Source: Camelus dromedarius (Eukaryota). Taken from it: 64,000 bases of DNA. Below the pieces are notes generated by a model. The model saw nothing but the letters and a program-made list of their open reading frames with translations, was not told the origin of the DNA and ran no database searches. The position numbers were made by a program, and so were the translations under genes. The stretch is from assembly GCF_036321535.1 (NCBI RefSeq), contig NC_087458.1:14074001-14138000 (forward strand), written 5' to 3'. This document shows positions 12,950 to 26,199 of this stretch, piece by piece. How positions within the stretch are numbered: the first letter of the stretch is position 1; the number at the start of each line of letters is the position of its first letter.

Positions 12950-15419
12950 TACCCACTCTGGCTCAACACCTCAGTTAGTCTGTCTCCTTGCTGGGAAGTT
13001 GCAAACATGGATCCGGAAACAAGGGTAGAGGTGAATTTGCCAAAAGTCCCCCTTCAAGGGATGCCAGCTGCACTTATGGGACTGGAGGCATTCATTGGTT
13101 GGGAGAAGGTGAGCAAAAGAGAAAGAGAAGATTATGGGAAAGGACCACAGAGGGACCAGGAAGAGAAAGAAGTACCCTGAAAAAAGACCCCAATCTAACC
13201 CCAACTTTCGGTTAACTCGACCTCTGCACATCATTCAGAACCCACTACAGGCCCAGGCCGCGTTTAAGGGGCCACCACAGCAGACATGGACACCCGGAAA
13301 AAGACTCAACAGAGTCAAGCCCGACTTCAGAGAGGGAACCACAGACCACCGCGGGGTGTGCAGAGTGCAGCCGGATCCTGGAGCTGGGCCCTGCACTCCA
13401 AATCCTATCCCGGCACCCACCTAGAAGGACACTCAACACGGAGGACGCACCTCCCCACTGTCAGTCTGGGGTTTCTCTCCCCGAAGCCCTGGGCCGCCAG
13501 GGACAGAAACTTGGCTGGACGACAGGGGCCACTCAGGGTCTGGACACAGCGCCCAGCCAGGGAGCACCTCCCGCATTGCTCTCAGCCCAAATCCAGTCCC
13601 TTTTCAACAAGGTAGCTACTGCCAGCAGGAGGCTTTGGAAGGAGTCAAGTGTAATTAAAAGCTGTGAAAGCGGCATTGTCTCAATTGTAAATCCTTCTCA
13701 CTGAGAGGCCTTTACTGGGGAATTCTCAGAGGTGGGGAGAGGCCAAAGCTGCCGCAGCCACCACCTCTACTTAGAGAGTCCAACAAGGAACTTTAATGGA
13801 AAAATATTTCCATCGAACATGGAGGCCTGGAAATTGCATGGCCTCATTCATTCTGGGTCTGGAGTGGAGACTGGGGGAGAGGAAGCGCAGTGAGAGAGGA
13901 GGGAGAGGGAAGAGCACACGACACAAACTGGGAGAAAGGAAAACTCATTAACCAAAACGCCCGGCTGTGCCTCCGTTCAGCTCTTTCTCACGATCTCCCA
14001 CGGAAGCCTCCGCATTGTGGTCGGTTGCCCACTGAGCCAAGTATCTGCTCCTGTGATTACAGTCCAGGCTGTGCGTTCAGTCACCTTGATGTCAGTCCCA
14101 GCTCCAGCAACAGCCAGCCAGTCAGCGTGTGACTGAAGCAGGACACAGAGGACTGTGCATGTGTGTCATCCTGTCACTGGGCACAGGGCTACCTCCCAAG
14201 TGTGGACAAGTGAGTACAAGTGAGCGCAATGTACAAGCCCCACAGGCCGGAAAGCGAGCCCCCCGTCATACCTCCACAATGCTCCCACCCCACCGCGAGG
14301 CTGTCCCGGCACCTGGCCAGGAGCCCGGCAAAGTCAGACAGGTGATTCACCTGGTGGGGACACCTCTAGGCCTTGTGTCCGTGATGGCCGGCATCCTGCT
14401 GGAGGCACAGCTGTGAGAAGTGATCCAACAGAGAGATTCAGCTTTCCTCAATTTGGTCATACTCAGACAGTGAAGGCAGACCTTAACTTCCTAATGAGTT
14501 CTAGGTTTCCTGCCAAATGACAAAGGGAAACTCATGTCGTATCCCCTCACTCTCTTGGGTCTCCTGTTTTATCTCAAACCCACGTGGAGAAAAATATGGT
14601 TTCCAGGGACAAGCTCAGCTCACAGTGCAATGGTCAGGGGGAAAGCAATTTCTCTGCGGCAGAAATTTCAAAATACGAAATGATGCACACGACTGTATCA
14701 ACGTGTGTCAGGACAGACCTCACCCACTGGTAAGAGAGAGCCCTGGGCTGAGAGCTGGAGAGCCCCCCCCGCCCCCCACACCTACACCTTTGCAGACGCG
14801 CGAAGAGCTGGCTTGATCTCTAAGCAAGACTGGGCCCCTCTGTCTCTAAAACATGTCAGCAACCTGAACGCCATTCAGTGAAAGGCAATGAGCATGACGT
14901 GGGTCTGGGAAGGCTAATTCGTGCACAAAGAGAGTGCAATTGAACAGGCCCATTAAATGGGGAACGAGAACAGAACAATGTAGCTGAAGGCAGGAAGTGC
15001 TCACATGCCAAAACAACTCCCCCTCAAAAGGCCTTACAGTGATGTAGCTGAATAAAACGTAACTAAACGGGAAACAAAGGTCTTGGTGGAGCCTGACGGA
15101 GAGGTTATTTATTATTAGTAGAATCTATCAGACTGCCCTCTTACCCACCTCTCAAAAAAATCATTCCCATGGAAACATAAAATAATTTATAAAGAGTTAC
15201 ATAGCACATCAAATAATCAAAAATGTTATTGCTAGGCAAATAGGTGCGTGGAGTATAGGTGTGGCCCAGATGGGGGCTAGGGTTCTGGTGCCGACTCTGC
15301 CGTCAGTCAGCTGTATGACTTCCACGTGTGCTAAGTGAGAAGGCAGGACTCACAGTGTTGACAAGAGCTAACATGAAGGAACTTCTCTTTGCCAGAAGTA
15401 ACTCTAAGTGCCCTCTCTG

Positions 15420-15580
15420 CACTTACTTCATCTTCACAACAATCCTGTAAGGTAGAGATATTATTATTCCCATTTTACAAATACGAGAATTGAGGCATCA
15501 AAGGTCGCAACAAGGACATATGGTAAGTGCCTGAGTCAAGACCTGAACAAGGTTCCTTTTCAGCAATGGCTGAGTAGCCG
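15420..15580 (-). mobile_element. MIR
   Basis: TCTTCACAACAATCCTGTAAGGTAG...ATTATTCCCATTTTACA, the MIR core in antisense. Confidence 0.75.
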
Positions 15581-15599
15581 CTATCAGACCAGCTCCCCG

Positions 15600-17220
15600 A
15601 CAGGTAACTAGAAATGCTAGGCAAAGTATAGGAAACCACTACGTGATGACACCAACCACGAGCAAAAGCAGGCAGATACTGAAGGGGAGTCAGCACATGG
15701 AGGCATGGACTAGAACTGGGTAATTTTCCTGTTTTTCACAGCTTCTAGTCGCACAGAGTGACTAAGAAACACAGATGGAAAAGCCACAGCTTCCTGGCTG
15801 AAAGGACCAAAGGACAGAATTCAGGGCAACCACAGCAACTAAAAGTGAGAAAAGCAGCCTGGAACTACCCAGAGAGGGGGAGCCCCAGATTTTATATACA
15901 TGTTCTGCCCAAATCTCTAGCTGGCTCCTGGATCCCATGTGTGCTGGACAGACTCCAGGCTGCCCAAATAAGAATCAAAAAACTGAACTGCAATTCCAGC
16001 TGCAGCCCACCACAGGGAAGACAGAGTTTGCAGTTTGAGCTCATTCAAGCTAACTGCCTACCGGAAATTTCGTTAAATAAAATACAAATACTCCTTGAGG
16101 GAACATAAAAATTCAGGTTATCTATATTGTACCATGTCCAAGATGCAACATAAATCATTAACATGACCCATACTGGAGAGAAAAGAAAATCAGCAGAGAT
16201 CAACCCCAAAACGACCCAGATGTTAGAATTAGCTGACAAGGATTGTAAAGCATCTATTATAACTATGCTCAAGGACATAAAGAAAAATATGCTCAAAAAG
16301 AATGAAAAGATAGAAACTAATATCACAGAAATTCAGACAACAAAAAAGAACCAAATGGAGCTTCTATAACAGCATTGTCTGATACAACTTTCTGCAATAA
16401 CAGAAATGTTTAATATCTTTGCTGTCCAATACAGTGTCACTAGCTACATGTGGCCACTGAGTGCTTACAATGTGGCTAGTGCAACTCAGGAACTGAATTT
16501 TAAATTGTACTTAATTTTAATTAATGTAGATTTAAATAGCCACATGTTGGTAGTGGCAACTGTACTGGGCAGAGCAGCTCTAGAACTAGAAAGTACACCA
16601 TCTGAAATAAAAATTCACTGGATTGGACTAACAGCAGATTGAAAATGACAAAGAAATTGTTAATGACCTTAAACATAGGTCAATATCCAATTGGACAAAC
16701 AGACGGAAAAAAAAAGAATGACAACTATAACAAAAAAGAACAGGGGAAAGAATAAACAGATGTATACATTAGTTCCAGGGTTCTTACATTTTATGTGCAA
16801 TGATACAATATTAACTCATAAGTACATTGTGAGTGGTTACATGTGCATATTGTAATCCTGGGAGCAATCATTTTTTTTAAAAAAGTTAGTAATAATCTAA
16901 AGAGGTATCATTAAAAAGCCAATAAGTAAATTAAAATGAAATTCTTAAAAAGAAAATCCATTAACCAAAAGAAAGCATGAAAGGAGAAATGGAGAACAGA
17001 AAACAGAGTGCATAAATAGAAAGCAAATAATAATAATAAATAAATAGCAAATTTTAAAAAATAGCAAAATGGTAGACTGAAATCCAACTGTATCAATAAT
17101 TACATTAAATGTTAATGGACTAAACACTTCAATTAAAAGAAAGAGGTTATCAAAAAGGATAAAGAAGCAAGACTCGGCTATATGTTCTCTATAGGAGTTG
17201 TACTTTAAAAATAAAGGTTA
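15600..17220 (+). mobile_element. Old L1M-type element: 5' region, ORF1 remnant, inter-ORF and ORF2 endonuclease start (internally deleted)
   Basis: ORF 16163-16369 (TQMLELADKDCKASIITMLKDIK) resembles the L1M ORF1p N-terminus; ATTACATTAAATGTTAATGGACTAAACACTTCAATTAAAAGA is the endonuclease start. Confidence 0.8.
16370..16577 (+). mobile_element. MER3 (hAT-Charlie) inserted into L1 ORF1
   Basis: GCTGTCCAATAC...TAGCTACATGTGGCCACTGAG...AAATAGCCACATG, with 8-bp TSD TTCTATAA / CTCTAGAA. Confidence 0.9.
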
Positions 17221-17699
17221 AAAATCAGACAATCTGTTTGGAATCTCCTGTCTTTAACTATTATATTAATCATGACCTAAGAAGTACCTTCTATCTCTAA
17301 AATCCAATGATTCCACATGCATAAGTATATATGCATATATACACAAGTACTATGTAAAAATATATTCTTTTACACTCAGGATACATAATGATCAAATTTA
17401 TATGTGTGCCCAAACCCAGGAGTGATGATGGAGAAGACAATTTACCAAGTCAACCCACCATCATTGCTGATTTTGTTTCCCAATCAATGTTCACTGTGTC
17501 AGGCAATCAGATGGAATTTTTGTGTTACTGTGTCCAGGAAAATCACTTCACTTATTCTCAGAGAGTGACTTAACTGCTCAGCAACAGAAATGTCCTAGAA
17601 CTGCTTGAATTTAAATCTTCATGGAAGAACTTGACACGATCTTTCCCATAGGGCCTGGTGACTAGAACAGGCAGCATCTCCAGGGCTTTGCCACACAGA

Positions 17700-17860
17700 C
17701 AAAGCAGCAGTGATACAGCGCAAAGAGCACTGAACTTGCCATGAGACAGCCGAGCCTGATTCCCACCTGCACTGTTTAGAGATCATGGAATATGGGGACC
17801 GTCATTTAGCCTCTCTGATCCTCAGCCTTCTCATCACGAAGGAGGTTGTGGTGATGATGA
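17700..17860 (+). mobile_element. MIR (degraded)
   Basis: tRNA-derived head remnant plus TTAGCCTCTCTGATCCTCAGCCTTCTCATC. Confidence 0.55.
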
Positions 17861-19629
17861 CATAATAGAGTGTCTGTTCACAGTCTCTCTAAGTTTTTCT
17901 CTTTTAGGCTCTCAATGCCCAATGTCATTAGTTTCGCGTGGTAGCTTCCCAAGTAAATATTAGAAGGGTTGAGAGAAACCATACGGGATTTTTAAAATAC
18001 AATACAAATTCAAAGATTTTTGAACTCACTCATTATAGCCAAAATACTTCCCCAAATATGCGTAAATTAATTAGTGTCACAGATACATTTGAAAACTGGA
18101 GCACATGCCCATTCATGAAACCACTATCAGCAAACTGATTAATTAGGGCCCATTCTGTGGCCTCGTTTAAGAAGCGTGATCAATGAATTAATAAGCCTTG
18201 TCATTACAGGTACCTTCTGAGAGAGACTGAGCCTCTGTTAAATGTCATGCAAGACCTGGAACGTTCACAGGTTTGTGAAATTCAAATGCATTATTTCCTC
18301 CTGACAGATGCGATCAAGTCAGTAGAACTCAGTTCAACCTTCAGTTGCCAACAAATGATCATAATTGTTGGCCAAGAAGGGTAAACATAAGCCTGCTTAA
18401 CAAATTCGCTAATTATCTTTCAGTTTAGGATTCATGTAACAAATAAATACTGGATGCCTGCAGCTTATCAGTCAGTTCATATAAACCAACAAGGGTAAGT
18501 AGATTTTATTTGTTTAAAAGCTCCTGTTCTTAAGCCAAGTATTTCTTGCCCTTGATTTTTCTTTCTTGAATCTCATATGTGTGTGTATTTCACAAGGCAA
18601 TCTGTCTGCCCTTATATACTTTTAAAAATATTAGGTATATCCGCTGAGAATTCCTTAAAAAGTAATGCTGAGGTTTAAAAGTAATGAAAGAAACAAGCCC
18701 CTGGTATGAGAGTAAAAACTGCCCATACAGGCGTAATCTACAGTTGGCTGGCACTGCTGAACATTAGGAAATAAATTATCAGTGTAATTAGCTGCCATTT
18801 ACTGAGGATCTTAGCAGATGCTGTATAAACACGCATAACCTTTAATCTCTGCAACTTGGGTAAAGACATAGTTTCTGCTTTTCAGAAATAAGGAGGAAGA
18901 TTACTCAGAAACTAATTTGCCAAGTAACAGAGCTGGGATTTGAACCTTTGTCCGTGTGGGGAGTCGAGGGAGAGGAGGTATGTCTGTCTTCCTGCCACCC
19001 ATTCTTACAGTGTTATCTTCTCCATGTGAGAATGTGCCTAATACTTTCCCTCTCTTCCAGATCACCAACTCTTAACCATTTAGGATCATGTGCAGATTCC
19101 AGGATTTGATGAGAATCTATGGACCCTCTCCTCCAGAAACACACACACACACTTCTGGGAAAATAAGTCAAGGGATTCATGGATATCCTGAAGCAAAACC
19201 CAGGTTCAAAATCTCTATCGCAAATACAGTCTCCAAACATTGACCCGGCTGGATTTTTCATTCACTTGCCTCCTTTACACTTCCCCCTCCTTTTGGGCTT
19301 CTATGGAAGTTTTTAAGGAATAAAATAATGGAGCTAAGAAGCAGATACGATATCTTGTCCACATTCAAGAAAAGCCTTGCTCCTCCCACTGCTGCCACAG
19401 CTCCCCCCACTCTCCTCACGTCTTCGCCATCTCAGTAAGGGTGCTCAGCTCAGGTGGACTATCTCGGAATCACCCTCCCGTCTTCACTTCCGCTCACCAC
19501 TGGTCTAAGACAGCTTTATTGATCTCCTCCAGGCCTTCCACGATGATCCCTGGGTACCCATTATGTTCCAGGTATTAGACTAGTCAACAAAATTACGTTC
19601 CAGGCTCTCGTCAGTGAACAAAGTAAGTA

Positions 19630-20124
19630 AAGGCAGACCTCAGAGACGGCAGGTTCAGTTCCAGATCAGCACAATAAAGTGAATATCACAATATAGTGAG
19701 TCCCATGAATTTTTTGGTTTCTCGGTGCATACGTAAGTTACATACACCCTACACTGTAGTCTATTAAGTATGCACTAGGATTATGTCTAAAAAATGCACA
19801 GATCTTAATTTAAAAATACTTTCTTGCTAGAAGACACTAACCATCATCTGAGCCTTCAGAGAATNNNNNNNNNNNNNNNNNNNNNNNNNNNNNNNNNNNN
19901 NNNNNNNNNNNNNNNNNNNNNNNNNNNNNNNNNNNNNNNNNNNNNNNNNNNNNNNNNNNNNNNNNNNNNNNNNNNNNNNNNNNNNNNNNNNNNNNNNNNN
20001 NNNNNNNNGACGGCACAGATAGATGCAAGGCTGCCACAAATCTTCAATCTGTAAAAACAAAACAAAAAACACAGTATCTGTGAAGCACACTAAAGAAAAG
20101 TGTGCTAAAACAAGGTATAACCTG
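19630..20124 (-). mobile_element. Internally deleted Tigger1 derivative (both termini) inserted into an L2
   Basis: Left end TA-AAGGCAGACCTCAGAGA...GTTCCAGATCAGCACAATAAAG and right end CAGTATCTGTGAAGCAC...AAAACAAGGTATAACCTG match the two recalled Tigger1 ends. N run 19865-20008 lies inside. Confidence 0.85.
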
Positions 20125-20349
20125 TCTGTCTGATCTCGTGGGGCTCACATTCGAATGGGGGACACAATATATGGGCCTAATAAAGGAGTAAATTACAGCG
20201 AGTCCTAGAAGGTGATCAGTGGCTGGAAAAAATATAGAAGTTATGGGGGAAGGGTGCATGTCGGGGTGGGCGGCAATATTAAATAGTTGGATATTTGAGT
20301 AAACACAGGAAGCAGGGGTCAAACTTGCGGAGATCCGGGGGAAAACACA

Positions 20350-20505
20350 TTTTATTTGTGTTTATTGTCTTTCTTCCCCTCTAGAATGTAAGCTCCATAA
20401 AGTCAGGGATTCTGTCTTTGTTACTGTCCACTGCTCTACCCCAAGTGCCTGTAACAATGCCAGGCACATAGTAGGTGCTCAAAAATATTAGCTGAATAAG
20501 AAAAT
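20350..20505 (+). mobile_element. L2 3' end
   Basis: CTAGAATGTAAGCTCCATAAAGTCAGGG...GGCACATAGTAGGTGCTCAAAAATATT. Confidence 0.85.
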
Positions 20506-23199
20506 TAAATGAAAGAGTCAAAATTTACTCTCAGGCTGGCAAAAATTGAGTGTTAGGGTTAATTTCTAAATCTTACCCTAGATATGTCAATATCCTCAAT
20601 TTAATGGTAAATTCGAAGCAAAGAGAAAGAAACTAAGCCAAGCGGGGTTCACCTTTTAGAAGAGAAAACTGAAAACTGACTATACGTGAAAAATGCTAAT
20701 AATCTGAACTCCAACTTTTAAAAAGCCAAATAAGAAACAGGCTTTTAAAGAATCCCAGGATATCGCATATCAAATAGGGTTTTTAAATTAGAAATGACCC
20801 TTGAAATACAGGACTCCTAAATCCTGAATAATCCATCGATTAGGCTGTCAGTGAGGCACATGGAGACATGGCAGGTAAGATGGAAGCCACCAACCTGGGA
20901 AGTGCCAGCCACTGTGCCATGAAATCCTCCCCTCAGCTGCACTCCCATTACAGACCTGCATACCCAGAACACCCAGTATACTTATGCCCTTGGATTATAA
21001 GCCTGATTGTGGCTGATTCACTCAGTTACTTATCCCTTGGTGCTGGTGAGTCTAAGGATATGGGTTGGATCTCCATGGAAACCAAGAGACACTGATGCAG
21101 TTATCTGGCCACAAGTTACACCCCTGACCTTGCCCAGTGATCCCACTTATGTACATCCTCAGTTACACAAAAGGACGCAGCCTGTGTGTGCATGTGTGTG
21201 TGCGCATGTATGTGACTACCCAAAAATAGAGCAACTCAAAGCACATGCTTCATGGTCAAGAAGGCTACAAGTGACCGTTGAGGACCAACTGACCCCCTTC
21301 TGCACAATTACAACATCAAACCAAGGTCCTGGATACAAATCTCTCCATTAGCTTCTCCTAGAAACATGATCCGATTCTAAGAAAGGCTACGTTCTATATG
21401 GACAAAAGCCGCAAACAACTGGAAGGCCACTGGCAGGACACATGCTCCCTTCATCTTGTCCCCAGAGTCTGGTAAAAAGTCAGGAATATGAGCTCCCTGG
21501 ATTCCAGGGCACATGACTGTATGGATGGTGGGGTCTTACCACATTACAGGTCATGTGAGCTTCAGAACCCTCTTCCCTCTCTGATTAACCAGCAATGTCA
21601 GTGGGAAGCCGAAATCACGTCATCTTAACAGCTCAACCTCTGCAACACTGCCCCATCATTAAACTTTTAAAGGGGTTCACTGGGGAAGTCCTTTAATCCT
21701 TTAATAATTGAGTTGGGGGAAAGTGATGAAGAGCATTTACCTTAGCTAATATTAACTAGACTTGGCTACTAATGGCTTTCCAACCGTCCCACTGCACCCA
21801 CGTGGCCATTTAAAAGAGCACATTCCATTTGGCCCCTTGCTCTTTAACTGTCGACAGGAAAACTGAAAAATAATACATCATTCAGCATTGCAATCTGTAC
21901 TGCAGTGCTCCACCCAATTCTCCCTTCTAGCACTACTGAGCCCAGTCTACACTAAGGTCTTACAACCCGTTGGCGAGTAGAAAAATTCATCCCATGAATC
22001 GGTTGGGTGTCTCTGATCTCAAATAAGCTGATGTATTTTCCACTGACTTTACTGGCCACGGAGGCAGAGAGCCATTGGGAAATAGTCAGCTTTCTCCAAT
22101 TTGAGTTTAATTCCCTTTCTAAGTTAAAAGGTCTGATGACCCTGTCACTTTTTCTTTCCTAGGGTCACACAGATAGACAGCCCTAGAGAAAGGCAGGATT
22201 CCCATCTAAACATCGCCCTTCCACTCCCCCACTGCACACATCAGGAGGTTTGTGATCAGATAGCTTGAGATAAAGCACTGAGGTAAACGGGAGGCTCTCA
22301 AAGAGGTTAAATGATGGTCCCAGGCCCACCCAGACAGAGCAGAGGCAAAGGAAGGACCAAAGCTCAAGGATTCCGAAAACCCACTGTTCTCCACCAGGTT
22401 TCTCTAGCCTCCAGTCTGGGGAAGTAAACATATGAACCAACCATCTGAATAAGAACGGAAAACAGTGATGGTGGATTAAGAGACCCAGCCACTGTGGTCT
22501 GGTCAACATGGTGTCCCCATCCTGGACTCCCTTCTCTTAAACGTTCTCCTGAGCATTGTGGGAAGCAAAAGCCCTCAGTGGACAGGTGTGTGGATGGTCT
22601 AGTGGCCAAGCACAACTGACTAGCTCCTGGCCTGGGGAATCAGCCACACAGGACATACCTTGGACTACACTGTGACCAAACAGAGGTCTGCAAGGATGAA
22701 GAGCAGAAATGGGAAGACAGTGGGCAAGAGAGGCCTACACAGAGAGAACTGGTATCTGAGGAAGGACACAGGCTGCAGCCTCACTCTGCCTCCACCCTTC
22801 GGGCCCATGAACCAGGGTGGCTTCGGGAAAGAAGTTACGTGGGAAGCGGCAGTGGCCACCTTACAAGAGACCCTGAGGAATGACGGAAAACATACCCAGC
22901 TTCTGCTGGCCTCTGTTCTGTGGTGATCAGCTCTGGCTAATCCACAGAGAAATGCACAAAAGAACAAAGGGAAAGATCATGCAGGGGCAGAACACGTGCC
23001 CTCGATGATTCCCTGACCCTTCCCCAGGCTTCTCCTCTATCAACTGGATGCTCCTCTCTCTCCCTGACCTTCAACGCCCTCCCTTTCCTGGTGAAACTCA
23101 CCTTAGCTACCAAGTAGGCTCAAAACTACCATATCTGAAAACGTCTCCCCTTCATTCTGTCTCCACCCCAGGTACAGTTTTTCCTCCCATCTTCTTTCC

Positions 23200-23560
23200 A
23201 CTACCCATCTTCTCAGAAGAGTTGGCCACATCATTCTCTCTACTTCTTCAACTACCTTTTACTGTAAAATCCATTAACATGCCTTCCTGGTCCCTCCAAG
23301 CTTCTGACAACACTACTGTTAATAAGGGTACCAACGACTAACTGCCTACTGGAAGAGCAAGCAGGTGGCCCTACTTTTTAAAATTCACCACCACTGCCCT
23401 GTCCTCCAGAAGCCCACCCACCCTGGCGTTCTCTCCTGGATCCGTGTCCTTCCATCACAGCCTCTCCCAGTCTCCTTGAATGCTGGTGGCTCCCCAAAAG
23501 CTCCATCCTTGGCCCTCTTCTCACTCTGTGTGGTATCCCCTTGGGTACTTCCCATATCTA
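23200..23560 (+). mobile_element. L2 internal fragment
   Basis: Pyrimidine-rich L2-like motifs (CTCTCCCAGTCTCCTTGAATGCTGG...TCCATCCTTGGCCCTCTTCTC). Confidence 0.55.
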
Positions 23561-23599
23561 CATGATAACATATCCTAAAGTTTCCTGCCCAGGTTGGTT

Positions 23600-24385
23600 T
23601 ATGGGTGTNNNNNNNNNNNNNNNNNNNNNNNNNNNNNNNNNNNNNNNNNNNNNNNNNNNNNNNNNNNNNNNNNNNNNNNNNNNNNNNNNNNNNNNNNNNN
23701 NNNNNNNNNNNNNNNNNNNNNNNNNNNNNNNNNNNNNNNNNNNNNNNNNNNNNNNNNNNNNNNNGAATCTTAATTCAAAAAGATACATGCACTCCAATGT
23801 TCACAGCAGCACTATTTACAATTGTCAAGACATGGAAACAACCTAAATGTCCATTGACAGATGACTGNNNNNNNNNNNNNNNNNNNNNNNNNNNNNNNNN
23901 NNNNNNNNNNNNNNNNNNNNNNNNNNNNNNNNNNNNNNNNNNNNNNNNNNNNNNNNNNNNNNNNNNNNNNNNNNNNNNNNNNNNNNNNNNNNNNNNNNNN
24001 NNNNNNNNNNNNNNNNNNNNNCTTATCTATGGAATCTAAAAAAAAAAACCATAAAAGACAAACAAACTTATTTGCAAAACAGAAAGACTCTCAGACATAG
24101 AGAACAAATTTGTGGTTACCAGGCGGGGAGAGGGGATAAATTGGGAGTTAGAGATTTGCAGATACTAACTGAAATATATAGAATAGATAAACAACAAGTT
24201 CATGCTGCATAGCACAGCGAACTATATTCAGTATCTTGTAGTAACTTATGGTGAAAAAGAATATAAAAACGAATATATGTACATTCATGTATGACTGAAG
24301 CATTATGCTGTACACCAGAAATTGACACAACATTGTAAACTGTCTCTACTTCAATAAAAAATTTTATATACAAACTAAAAAGAAA
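23600..24385 (+). mobile_element. 5'-truncated L1 (ORF2 C-terminus, 3'UTR, A-tail; two N runs)
   Basis: Peptide ILIQKDTCTPMFTAALFTIVKTWKQPKCP is the L1 ORF2 C-terminus; ends CTTCAATAAAAAA. Confidence 0.92.
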
Positions 24386-24499
24386 GAAAACTGCCTCCTG
24401 GACACTGCCACCTGAATTAGCTCCCTTTCCCACTGATCCTCCAAGAGCCAGTTAACCTGTGACCTTTTCCATGAGGCTTTTTCAGTAACCCCTAGCAAG

Positions 24500-24720
24500 T
24501 CACTCATTGATCCATTGATCCGTTCAACCAACATGTCAAATGCCTATTATTTGTCAAGAATCACGCAAGATGCTGGAGATGCGGGAGTTAAAACACAAAA
24601 TGAAACAAAAGAAGGTCTGTGCCCTCATAGAGCTTATGATTTAGTGACACAGACAGTAAGCCAACTCATAAATACGCATTTCAAATTATAGTAAGCACTA
24701 TGAAGATAACAAATAGCACA
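24500..24720 (-). mobile_element. L2 3' region
   Basis: CATTGATCC...TCAACCAACATGTCAAATGCCTATTATTTGTC...GGTCTGTGCCCTCATAGAGCTT. Confidence 0.7.
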
Positions 24721-25899
24721 CAGTAATATAGAACCAAGGGACTTAGATAAGCTGGTATTTGGTCCCACTGGCCATGCCTCTCCTAAAACAAGTTTACTCT
24801 TCCTTTAAGCATCTGTCTAATTTATGTCTCTAAGCAGTCTCTGTTTGATTGTTAATACATTGGTGCTTGCTTTTATTCATTTTTACGTATCTGGCATATA
24901 CAGGAGTTTAATGAATCTGTTTGATGATTAAATGAATGAATGGGTTATTTAAGTAATGAATCAACTATTTATGAATCCATTTAATTCTGAATTTGAGAAA
25001 TCCACATACAACTAGGTAAAGTGCATTCCAATTGCTGGCGTATTACCTGAAATCTCTAGGTTCATTAAATGCCGGTTTACAGAGATTAAATTCAGATGTA
25101 CATCTCATCTCTCTAAAATTGACTGGAACTACTTTTATGAGAACCAAGTATCGGCAGTGGTGAGAGAAATAATACAACACAGGAATACTTAATTTCCAAA
25201 AAAACCAAGATTCCATTATTCCATTTTCAATCCAGCCAGGCCAAGTAATAAACAAGAGGGAGTGAACAGTTCTGGAAATCTGCCTCACGCCGGGGCACGG
25301 TGGGAGCTTTCCTAGCTGAGGCTGGAGCTTGTTCGAAAGTACAACACAGTTCTGAAGAGAACTTGGAAAGGGGTTATCCGAGGAATGGATGGACAGCTGC
25401 TGGCTGGTCCCCATGGAAGTATGTCTGGAAGGCTCCAGATCTGATATTTAACAGTTCTGCTGCCAAATGCACAGACAGGCTCCCAGAACAAAAGTCACCA
25501 ATAGCAAACTCTGGGAGCTAGAGAGAAGGAAAATGGATGCTTGTCTCCCTTTGTGTCATTCTTCCGGTGCAGAAGAGCAGGGACGCTCGGGGGACGGTGG
25601 AGACCAATGCAGATGGGTTGGGAGAGAAAAGATGGGTAGGAGGGCTTTGCATTTGTGGGAGAATTTGATAAACAGGAGTGATGAGTGTGCACTAGCAGCT
25701 TTCACACACACACAAACACTCAGGAGTTCCCCAAATCCACAAAACTTCCTTTAAAACCACAGAATATGTAAACAGCTGACCGTCGAAAGCCTGCCGGAAA
25801 GCTCAAGTATCTAGCAGGTGGGGACTTGTTTTCCAAGAGCTGGTTCAACAGGACAAACTGAGAATTGTGATCTCACTGGGGTGTGAGCACCAGAATTCA

Positions 25900-26060
25900 A
25901 GGAGCAGATGGTGTGATTTAGTGGAAAGGCCACTGGACCAGGAGTCAGCGGCTGGGGATAGCATCCCAGTCTCTCTCGTTACCAACAGCGTGACCTTGGG
26001 CAAGCTCTTAACCTCTCTGAACTTCAGTTTCCTCAGCTACAAAATGCAAAAAAAAAAAAA
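25900..26060 (+). mobile_element. MIR
   Basis: GTGACCTTGGGCAAG...AACCTCTCTGAACTTCAGTTTCCTCAGCTACAAAATG. Confidence 0.8.
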
Positions 26061-26199
26061 AGCAAACATCACCTTAGCTAACTTTCTAAATTGCTGTAAG
26101 ATCCAATGGATATAATATCTGTGAGAAAAGGCTCTTTGAAAACTGAAAAGGATATATTTTTCCCCAACATATCCTTTTATGGAATTTTCTATGAGCCAA

